A DNA stretch of 32,000 nt. It comes from Pasteurella multocida (GTDB lineage: Bacteria; Pseudomonadota; Gammaproteobacteria; Enterobacterales; Pasteurellaceae). The stretch covers positions 1,290,001-1,322,000 of the forward strand of contig NZ_LT906458.1 in the NCBI RefSeq assembly GCF_900187275.1, written 5' to 3'. A model generated the notes under the pieces. It had not been told where the DNA came from, ran no database searches, and worked only from the letters and a program-made list of their open reading frames with translations. Each line of letters begins with the position of its first letter. Position 1 is the first letter of the stretch. Below, piece after piece: positions 1-9,600 of this stretch. Both the position numbers and the translations under genes were made by a program.

Positions 1-2
1 TT

Positions 3-590
3 GCAGAATGTAACATGCTGTTACCACAAACCTACTTAGGTAACGTCATTACGCTCTGTGTAGAAAAACGCGGTGTACAAACCAATATGGTTTACCATGG
101 TAACCAAGTGGCATTGACCTATGAAATCCCAATGGGCGAAGTGGTACTGGATTTCTTCGACCGCTTAAAATCGACTTCTCGTGGTTATGCTTCCTTAGAT
201 TATGGTTTCAAACGTTTCCAAGCCGCCGATATGGTACGTGTCGACATTATGATCAATGGTGAGCGTGTCGATGCGTTAGCGTTAATCGTGCATAAAGATA
301 ATGCACCTTATCGTGGTCGTGAATTAGTGGAGAAAATGCGTGAACTCATTCCACGTCAACAATTTGATATTGCGATTCAAGCGGCGATTGGTAACCACAT
401 TATTGCCCGTTCTACCGTCAAACAATTACGTAAAAACGTATTAGCAAAATGTTATGGTGGTGACGTTAGCCGTAAGAAAAAACTCTTACAGAAACAAAAA
501 GAAGGTAAAAAACGCATGAAGTCTTTGGGTAACGTCGAAGTACCACAAGAAGCCTTCTTAGCGATTTTACATGTCGGAAAAGACAAATAA
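3..590 (+). CDS. lepA: Elongation factor 4 (LepA), C-terminal part; gene starts before the window
   Basis: Open frame from the window edge ([26 protein letters not shown]...) through [11 protein letters not shown]; characteristic LepA C-terminal sequence ([37 protein letters not shown]). Followed by lepB as in the usual lepA-lepB-rnc-era order. Confidence 0.96.
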   Translation, partial: AECNMLLPQTYLGNVITLCVEKRGVQTNMVYHGNQVALTYEIPMGEVVLDFFDRLKSTSRGYASLDYGFKRFQAADMVRVDIMINGERVDALALIVHKDNAPYRGRELVEKMRELIPRQQFDIAIQAAIGNHIIARSTVKQLRKNVLAKCYGGDVSRKKKLLQKQKEGKKRMKSLGNVEVPQEAFLAILHVGKDK

Positions 591-608
591 GGAACATCAG
601 GAAATACT

Positions 609-1631
609 ATGTCTAACTTCTTCCTCATTCTATTGTTAGTAGCAGGGTTCGGTGTCTGGAAAGTATTAGATTATTTTGCCTTACCTAACACGTTTTCCAT
701 CTTGCTTATTCTCTTGACCGTCATTTCTGGCGCCTTGTGGTGCTATTACCGTTTTACGGTCCAACCACGGCGCGCAAGACAAATTGCGCGTGCAGAACAA
801 CGTTCTGGCAAAGCACTCAGCGATGAAGAAAAGGCTAAAATTGAACCCATCTCAGAAGGCGGAGAGTTTTTATCTTCACTGTTTCCGGTTCTCGCCTTTG
901 TGTTAATTTTACGTTCCTTTTTGTTTGAACCCTTTCAAATTCCATCTTCATCAATGGAACCAACATTGCGTATTGGTGACTTTTTGGTAGTAAAAAAATA
1001 CACATACGGGATTAAAGATCCTGTGTTCCAAAACACGATAATTGAAACTGGCAAACCTGAACGTGGCGATATTATTGTGTTTAAAGCCCCGTTACAACCT
1101 AGCGTAGATTATATTAAACGTGTTGTCGGCGCACCGGGCGATAAAGTGCAATACAACGAATACACGCGTCAATTAACTTTAACCTATGCGAAAGACGGTC
1201 AAGAATGTCACAGTGACTGTGAAACAAAAATCTTTAGCTATACTGAGCCTAAAGAAAATCCCGACTTTCAGTTTCTGATTGGACGTGATCATAAAGGTGA
1301 ATATCTATATGGTCCTTCGCCGTTAGAAACCACCGAAACAGGCGATGTGTCTCACCAAATTCACTGGTATCCTGAACCAATTTCAGAAGGTTTTCGTTAT
1401 AAAGCCTACCGTTCACAAAGCAATTATGTGACAGAATGGGTCGTACCAGAAGGGCATTATTTTGTGATGGGCGACAATCGTAATAACAGTGAAGACAGCC
1501 GTTTTTGGGGCTTTGTCCCAGAGAAAAACATTGTGGGGAAAGCCACATATATTTGGTTGAGTTTAGATAAAAAACAAGATCAATGGCCAACAGGCGTCCG
1601 TTTTGAACGCTTTTTTACAGAAATTAAGTAA
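609..1631 (+). CDS. lepB: Signal peptidase I
   Basis: 340 aa; catalytic Ser motif PSSSMEPTL, Lys box YIKRVVGAPGDKV, and VPEGHYFVMGDNRNNSEDSRFWGFV; N-terminal transmembrane segments. Confidence 0.97.
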   Translation: MSNFFLILLLVAGFGVWKVLDYFALPNTFSILLILLTVISGALWCYYRFTVQPRRARQIARAEQRSGKALSDEEKAKIEPISEGGEFLSSLFPVLAFVLILRSFLFEPFQIPSSSMEPTLRIGDFLVVKKYTYGIKDPVFQNTIIETGKPERGDIIVFKAPLQPSVDYIKRVVGAPGDKVQYNEYTRQLTLTYAKDGQECHSDCETKIFSYTEPKENPDFQFLIGRDHKGEYLYGPSPLETTETGDVSHQIHWYPEPISEGFRYKAYRSQSNYVTEWVVPEGHYFVMGDNRNNSEDSRFWGFVPEKNIVGKATYIWLSLDKKQDQWPTGVRFERFFTEIK

Positions 1632-1637
1632 TAAGTA

Positions 1638-2315
1638 ATGACTCAAAATTTAGAACGTTTACAACGCCAGATTGGTTATCAATTTAACCAACCGGCGTTG
1701 CTTAAACAAGCATTAACACACCGCAGTGCCGCGGTTAAGCACAACGAGCGTCTTGAGTTTCTCGGCGATGCCATTTTAAATTTCATCATTGCTGAAGCAC
1801 TCTATCACCAGTTTCCCAAATGTAATGAAGGGGAATTAAGTCGTATGCGAGCCACGCTAGTACGTGAGCCGACGCTCGCGTCATTAGCTCGCCAATTTGA
1901 ATTGGGGGATTATTTATCGCTCGGACCGGGCGAATTAAAAAGCGGCGGTTTTCGTCGCGAGTCGATTCTAGCTGACTGTGTGGAAGCCATTATTGGCGCT
2001 ATCTCTTTAGATAGTGACTTAGCCACTACCACGAAAATCGTACAACATTGGTACCAAGCACAGCTCAAACAAATCCAACCGGGTGACAATCAAAAAGACC
2101 CCAAAACACGCTTACAGGAATATTTACAGGGTAAACGTCTTCCTCTCCCAACTTACAATGTGGTTGAAATCAAAGGTGAAGCCCATTGCCAAACGTTTAC
2201 TGTCGAATGTTACGTGAAAAATATTGACCGCACTTTTATGGGAAGCGGTGCAAGTCGCCGTAAAGCTGAACAAGCGGCAGCAGAAAAAATTTTACAATTA
2301 TTGGAAATGAAATGA
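1638..2315 (+). CDS. rnc: Ribonuclease III
   Basis: 225 aa; signature [13 protein letters not shown] and a C-terminal dsRNA-binding domain ([15 protein letters not shown]). Confidence 0.97.
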   Translation: MTQNLERLQRQIGYQFNQPALLKQALTHRSAAVKHNERLEFLGDAILNFIIAEALYHQFPKCNEGELSRMRATLVREPTLASLARQFELGDYLSLGPGELKSGGFRRESILADCVEAIIGAISLDSDLATTTKIVQHWYQAQLKQIQPGDNQKDPKTRLQEYLQGKRLPLPTYNVVEIKGEAHCQTFTVECYVKNIDRTFMGSGASRRKAEQAAAEKILQLLEMK

Positions 2316-3232
2316 ACGAAATAAAGACGGCGGATAACGCCAAAACTTACTGTGGCTTTATTGCTATTGTAGGTCGTCCTAATGTAGGGAAATCCACCCT
2401 TTTGAATAAAATCTTGGGGCAAAAAATTTCAATTACCTCACGCAAAGCGCAGACAACCCGTCATCGCATTGTAGGTATTCACACTGACGGTCCTTATCAA
2501 GCAGTGTATGTTGATACACCGGGCTTACATATTGAAGAAAAACGCGCGATTAATCGTTTAATGAACCGTGCAGCAAGCAGTGCAATTGGTGATGTGGATC
2601 TGATTATCTTTGTGGTAGATGGTACGCATTGGAATGAAGATGATGAAATGGTGCTCAATAAATTGCGTGCGGCGAAAGCCCCCGTGGTGCTCGCAATTAA
2701 TAAAATTGACAACATCAAAAACAAAGAAGAGATGCTACCATTTATTACCGAGCTGACCAGTAAATTTGACTTTGCCCACGTAGTCCCAATTTCGGCACAA
2801 GGGGGCAAAAATATCGCAGAATTAGAAAAAATTGTGCGTGAATCTTTACATGAAGGTACGCATCATTTCCCTGAAGAATACGTGACTGATCGTTCACAAC
2901 GCTTTATGGCCTCCGAAATCATCCGTGAAAAACTCATGCGTTTTACCGGTGATGAATTACCTTATTCTGTTACCGTAGAAATTGAACAATTTAAATTGAA
3001 CGAACGCGGCACTTACGAAATCAATGGATTAATTCTAGTTGAACGTGAAGGTCAGAAAAAAATGGTGATCGGCAATAAAGGGCAAAAAATCAAACAAATT
3101 GGTATAGAAGCCCGCGCCGACATGGAACGTTTGTTTGATAACAAAGTCCATCTTGAACTATGGGTGAAAGTCAAATCAGGTTGGGCGGATGATGAACGTG
3201 CCTTACGTAGCTTAGGTTACATGGACGAATAA
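2312..3232 (+). CDS. era: GTPase Era
   Basis: 306 aa; [20 protein letters not shown]; KH domain near the C-terminus ([14 protein letters not shown]). Overlaps the rnc stop by 4 nt. Confidence 0.97.
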   Translation: MNEIKTADNAKTYCGFIAIVGRPNVGKSTLLNKILGQKISITSRKAQTTRHRIVGIHTDGPYQAVYVDTPGLHIEEKRAINRLMNRAASSAIGDVDLIIFVVDGTHWNEDDEMVLNKLRAAKAPVVLAINKIDNIKNKEEMLPFITELTSKFDFAHVVPISAQGGKNIAELEKIVRESLHEGTHHFPEEYVTDRSQRFMASEIIREKLMRFTGDELPYSVTVEIEQFKLNERGTYEINGLILVEREGQKKMVIGNKGQKIKQIGIEARADMERLFDNKVHLELWVKVKSGWADDERALRSLGYMDE

Positions 3233-3260
3233 TTGCTAAGCCTAATACCCCTGTTATACC

Positions 3261-3290
3261 TCCCTCTCTTCAACAAAGAGAGGGATTTTT
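3261..3290 (+). terminator. Rho-independent terminator after era
   Basis: Perfect 10-bp stem TCCCTCTCTT / AAGAGAGGGA with 5-nt loop CAACA, followed by TTTTT. Confidence 0.85.
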
Positions 3291-3355
3291 CTGGACGTTT
3301 AACAATGCCTATCATGCCTACCCTATAATCTATTGGTAAAACTCTTTAAAAAAAC

Positions 3356-3364
3356 ACCGCACTT
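3356..3364 (-). other. DNA uptake signal sequence core (ACCGCACTT)
   Basis: Exact 9-mer reverse complement of the Haemophilus-type USS core AAGTGCGGT. Confidence 0.8.
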
Positions 3365-3627
3365 TTGGGAACAGTTACCTAAAAACATAGAAGTATGTGT
3401 TACCCTAACTTGGTTCTTCGAATTTTAGCAATGTGTACTAAAGCACATTAAATTTGAGCACACAAGCCCACCTTAGTAGAGCATCTCCTCGTCGTAGACA
3501 AATATCTACTTAACGATCTTTTTTGAAATCTAGTGTGCTTTTGAGAATAAACTAAAGTGTGGTGCTTTTTTAAGAAAGTTTTTGCTTTCAAAGTCTAGCA
3601 AGCTCCATAATCCTTTGCCTCGTGGCA

Positions 3628-3664
3628 AAAATATAAGGGGATCATCATGAGCCCCTTATATTTT
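3628..3664 (-). terminator. Hairpin just beyond the tpsA1 stop; probable minus-strand terminator
   Basis: Perfect 13-bp inverted repeat AAAATATAAGGGG (3628-3640) / CCCCTTATATTTT (3652-3664), 11-nt loop; gives a T-run on the minus strand. Confidence 0.7.
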
Positions 3665-3690
3665 ATATGATTTACTTATTTAGCAAGATA

Positions 3691-6600
3691 CTATTTATTG
3701 TTTACGCTTTTTCTAATCACGTTTTGATAAATAGGCTCTTCTTGTGGTTTCTTACCTACCTCCTCATAAATAGTTTCTTGCTGAGAAGAAATCACGCGTT
3801 GAGTTTTACCTGTCACTGGGAATTGTAAATCCGCATAAACAGGCTCAGTGGTCGGCGTCTGGCTTGTCTGCTCGACTATTTTATCACTTCTGGTTTTCAG
3901 TTGTGATTCAGGATAGAAACCCTCTACTGTATCTACTGATTTCGTTTTCTTTTTATTCACCTGTGCATAAATCGCATTTGGATCTGCCATTTGCTCCGCT
4001 TTTACTTTTAAGTTAGGTGATTGTACTCTTTTTTTATCTACTGCAAGAGGCGATTGTTGTCCAACAGATTCTTTACTTACCGTCGCCTTAGTTGGTAACG
4101 TTGGTAAAGGTTTAGCTTTCTTCACTACCGCAGGTGCTGTGACATGATACTTCTGGATATAGTCTTGTAAATCTTGTGATTTGAATGGGTTTTCAATCAC
4201 TTGGTTTCCAATAACAAATCGAGTAGAAGACATCGTTGGATCTTGTTCATACAGTGCTCTTAAGCTTTTCGCCTCTGCGCTATTGTAATGCTTGTCTTTC
4301 GGATTGAAGGCTTTTTTAATATTCTCCAGATTTACTTTCATATCCTTCGAAATACCACGATCCTTCGTCACAATTTTATCTAATGGAAAATAGAAGGAAT
4401 CCTTATCCGGACTGCTACCAAGATGTTCAATTTTTGGTCCCTCAGATTTCTCTTTACGTTTAAATTGTTTGAATACATTCGGCAATAATTTCTTGTTATA
4501 AACCGGCGTATTTTCAGCCGACAATGCTATATTTTCTGCTGTTGGAATCTCTAAGGTTTTTAGTGGGTTCTCAATCACCTGATTTTTGATGGTAAACTTC
4601 AAGTTTGGATGATCTTTGTAGTTCTCATACAAGAATCTCAACTCTCTTGAGGTCACCGAATCATAGAACGGATTGCTTGGATCAAATACTTCTTTTAGGC
4701 GATTCAAATCAATCTTTGTGTTTTCTCTGAATGTTGGTGTATCTGTCGCCATACCGTCTAAAGCAAAATAAAGCTGACCACCACGTTCTAAGGTTTCTTT
4801 TGCAATAAATTTAGTTTTTTCTGTAAAGAAATCCACTCTCGCTTCATTTAATGCAGTTTGTGTTTCTTTATAGGCACGAATTGCAGCGTTTTCTTCAGCC
4901 GAATAACTTGCCGACTCGTTTAATTCTTCCATATCAAATTTTTCATTTTTTCTCAATGCATTGTACATCTCTTGTTCTTGATCACTTAGTGTTGCGATAC
5001 GTTTTAAGGCATCTACTGCAATTTCATTTTGAATCAATTCACGAATAATGCGTTGATTATCTTCAACATTGGCATCATTAATACGATGTTTTGAATCATC
5101 TTTACGAGCATTTTTTAACGTTGCATCATTAAATGAGGCGAGCTCTTGGATATCTTGCTCAGACACCTTGCCAGCTTTTACTTGTTTTGCAAATGCACTT
5201 AATTGCCCGAATTCAAAGCCAAGGTTTAATTTACCCACATAACTATCTGCTAAAATAGCATTTTTACCTTCAGCATCTGCGGCATTAGCTGCTGCAATTA
5301 ACTCTTTTCTGCCATATTTTAAGCCATAGATTAACGCATTATCACCTAACTCAGATTGTGCTGCTCTTGGTGATTCAAGGTTATTCAGTTTATTTGGTAA
5401 ATGCTCAATAGTTTGAATATTTTGCACTTTCCCGCCCATATAACCACGCTCTACAAGCTTACTTAATTTGTCACTTAGCTCTTGTCCAGAACTATACGCT
5501 TCTCGTTCTAAAGGCTGTTTTTTATATGCAGAGAAACTTTGTTCTGAATCAATGTAATGATCCTTATTTAAATCAAGTAGCTTCGCATCAAGCTTAATTG
5601 CGTCAGAAATATTGCCATTCTTATTCTTCGCAATCTGCATTTGGTCATGATGCGTCAACTCATGGACAATCGTATCAAGAATTTCCTTATTGTTTTGTTT
5701 CTTATTTTTTAAGAAACTCAGGATTGGCTTTGTGTTTAAATGCACTTTATCGTCAACATAGTATCCTTGCGTTGTGGATAACGGACTACTTTCTATATCT
5801 AACGCTAATGTCGCCTTTTTACCACTAATGCCTGTTACTTCTTGTAGCGATTCTCTTTTCGCTGATTCAACGATCTCAAACAGTTTGCGAATCCCCGCTT
5901 CATTACCCGAAAGTTTGCTATTCATCAAATCATGAAATTCTTTGTTCACTTCAAGCTTCTCTACGAGTTTGTCATTAATTTGTTTTCTGGTTTCAACATA
6001 ACTTTCATCAAATTGGATATTTTTGAAAATTTTACCCGCATTTTTTGCATTCTCACCTTCAAAGCTATCAATTGATGAGCCTTTCACAAAAGGCTTACCC
6101 TCTTTCTGCGATTGCTTGATTAAAGCCACAACATTTTCTGCACTTGGACCATTCAGAAGTTCATCTGTCGCATTTAATAAATGCGCTTTTGGCAGATTTT
6201 TTGCCTCTTTTGCAATCAAGGCTAATTTTTTCTCAGCCTCTTTTGTACGATCTGTTGACTTGGCTTTTTTTCTGACTTTCTCAAACTGTGCATCAACATC
6301 TGTTACTGGTTTTGGAATATAGTCAGTATTCGTGATCGCAGTTACTACATTGTTTTTTGTTACATAATTTTCACCACGTGCATCATCACGTTTAATTTGA
6401 ATATTGTCATTCGCCTCAAACGCAGATGATACTTTTCTGTTGAAGTTAACATCATTCGCTTCTGTTGCAAATTTCGCACTACCCGACTTTTTCTCGGCGT
6501 TGGCTGGTAATTCATAGTTCACCACATTGAAGAAACGTTTTCCGTCATTTTTACCTGCATAACCACTCTTATTCCAAAAAGCTTCTTTTAACCAGGTTTC

Positions 6601-9600
6601 AAATTTTTGATGACTTGGGAATGTCATTTCACCGAAGTTTGGATCGAAGAACACCACCTTTTGCCCTTGAACTGCCGCAGACACTGTGTGTGAGCCTCCC
6701 TCAAGATTAATCGATATTTTCTTCACGCCGGAAATATCACTACCAGTATCTAAAATCGCTTTTGTTAAAGCGGAAATATCACTTTTCGATACAGTACCTG
6801 CCACTTCATCACGGCGGCTTGCACTCCCAACTTTCTTCTCTTTCGGCACGACTCCTTGCTCTTGTAACCAACTATCGGTTAACTTGAATTGTTGTGTCGC
6901 ACTGCCACTATTCATAAACTCAGTTTGAAGTTTCTTAATAGAGTCAATAGTTTCTTGCTTTAAGTGACCTTTCTTACCCCCTTCATACATCGTATTCCAA
7001 AAGTCTTCACTTTGACTAGTGACTTTGTTAACAATCCAATGTGCACAAGTGGATTCACAAACACCGTTTTGCGTTTCAATATGTTTCACGATCTCTTTAT
7101 ATACTTCGCCTTTAGATTGAGCATATTTAAAGCTGACCTCACCACCATATTCTTCCACTGAAGCACGAACCGCATCAATTTTGTGTTTCACTTTCAATGG
7201 TTGGAATTGATCCTGAGCCTTTTTCAACACGCCTCGAGATTGTTCAACTAATTCTTTTTGTTGAACACGTTCACTCACTGGTTTTGTTTTATTTGCTTCC
7301 ACAGTGTCTTGAGCATTATCTTTTATTACTATTTTTTCTGTTTGTTTAGCAGAATTACTACCTGAGAAGAAACTTTTAATTTTCTGCGATACAGTTGTAC
7401 CCTCTGTTTCACTTGATTTCACATCTCCATTTTTCGCTTTAAACCTCTTATTCATACTAGCCGCATCTTTCAATTCAGGTCGAATCGGTAATGTAGGAGG
7501 TATGTCATCTTCAACTTCAGCTTTCACAATTGGATATTTCACTAAGGCTTCATCTGCTTTAGCGTTCGCTTTCGCACGTGCTTCCGGACTCTTGTTGATC
7601 GTTGCATAAATGTCCTCAGTCACTGGTATTCTGCTACTTACTTCAGCATCTGAATTAACCGCGATGTTAACCTTGTTGTTGATTTCTATATCTTTGCTTA
7701 AAGTCGCTGAATGTTTTGATAAAGTCGGTGTAACCTCTTCTGCCACTGTCGATTTTAATACTTCAGCGCGTCTAGTGCTTATGCTACCAAGATTTTGTAC
7801 TGCTAAATCATCAAATGGAATAGATTCATAAGCTAACTCATTTACTTGTCTTTTTGCTCTTGGTTGTATATGTGTCACTACATCTACATCTTCCGTATGA
7901 CGTGCTACTGGTCCACTACCGATTGTGGCATAATCACTATCAGTCTCACTCTCCACAATTTTCGTTTGGTTATCAGGAATAGCTGGTAAAGAGCGCTTCG
8001 CTTTGTTAGAAACATCACTAATTTCAGCATAAAGATTCTCTGCAACATCGCTTACCATTCTTGCTTTATCCTGATTCGGTAATGCTGGTAATTCATCCGT
8101 TGCACGTCTTACTTTTCTACTTCTTGGCTCAGTAACTGTTGCATACTCACTTTCTACAGCTTTTGCTCTCGGCATGTCTACTGTGGCATAAGTCGTTTCC
8201 ACCGTTTTCACTTTTGGCGCCTCTACTGTTGCATAAGTACTGTCAACCGCATTCGCTTTCGGCACACCTACTGTTGCATAAGTACTATCAATAGCTTTAG
8301 TTTGAATGCCCACGTCGCGAATATCAGCATAAATATGCTCTGAACCGTCGTTCACTGTTCTTACTTTGCTTTCGTTTGGTAATGCGGGTAACTCATCCGT
8401 AACGTTTCTTACTTTTCTGTGTTTTGGCTCAGCAACCGTTGCATACTCACTTTCTACAGCTTTAGCTCTTGGCATGTCTACTGTGGCATAAGTCGTTTCC
8501 ACCGCTTTCACTTTTGGAGTCTCTACTGTTGCATAAGTGCTGTCAACGGCATTCGCTTTCGGCATGCCTACTGTTGCATAAGTACTATCAATAGCTTTAG
8601 TTTGAGTGCCCACGTCGCTAATATCAGTATAAATATGCTCTGAACCGTCGTTTACCGTTCTTGCTTTACCCTGATTCGGTAATGCTGGTAGTGGATCATC
8701 TGCCTTTCTTGTATGTGCTTGCACGACATCGGCATAGTCTGTTGTACCTGCCGCGTTATGACGTCTCATATCTGCATTTTTATCACCAACACGGCTATAT
8801 GTTGGTTCATTAATCTCTGCATAAAGATGCTCATCACTAGTTGCCGTTTTATGACGAACAAGATCAGCATTGTTATCACCGACTTTGCTATAAACGGCTG
8901 GAATTTCTTCATAATCATGGATGTTTGCTTTTGTAGTGGCACTAGCATACAGTGGATTGTCCACAAGATCGGTACTGTCCACATTTCTACTACGTGGTGT
9001 TGGTACAACAGCATCTGCACTTTCATAAATCGGATTTTTCACGGATACAGAATCCGCCTCATCCGTTACACGCGATCTTGTTGTTGGTACATCTGCTTCT
9101 TCTGTAGTAGAACGCGAGCGTAATGTGGAGCCTGACGCCATATCGGTGTCATTGTTTGGTGCTGACAGCTTGTTTTTCGCTCTCTGTCCTAATTCCACAA
9201 TATCTGCCACTTCAAAACTAAATTGCGTACTTGCGTAAGTATCATCACGTGTGACAGCTTTTGCCTTGGTTAAATCTGTATTCACTTGACCTGATACATT
9301 CGCTTGAGAGGTATCCACGCCAGAAAGAGTGGATTTCTGCGTTGCATTATAGTGTTTCTGTTCAGCTCGCCCACCTCGTACATTAAAGGCGGTAGTACCA
9401 CGTTCACTGATACCCACAGATAAACCAAATGTTCCACCATCTTTATCATGTTGATCGTGAAGGGCTTTAGTTGTGACATCGCCGGTAACTTTCAGCTGAT
9501 TATCCTTATCGTTGCTGACAAGATATCCCCCCTCAAGATTTAAGTCATGCGTTTGCCCTGTAATTTTATTCGCTTTAATCCCTGCTTGTTGATTAACCGT

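Noticed and set aside
1249-2422. Antisense ORFs in lepB and rnc-era (1249-1590, 2210-2422, 2497-2808)
   Set aside because: They overlap well-supported conserved genes on the other strand and lack recognisable content.
3691-6525. Fic (AMPylation) domain as in IbpA
   Set aside because: No HPFxxGNG motif is visible in either TpsA; the extension carries HELTH instead.
8041-8700. CRISPR array
   Set aside because: The repeats are in-frame coding repeats with 45/300-bp periods and no spacers or cas genes.
5598-9123. Plus-strand ORFs antisense to tpsA1 (e.g. 8713-9123, 136 aa; 6023-6322; 12001-12348)
   Set aside because: These mirror codon bias and repeats of the minus-strand gene; low-complexity products with no recognisable domains.
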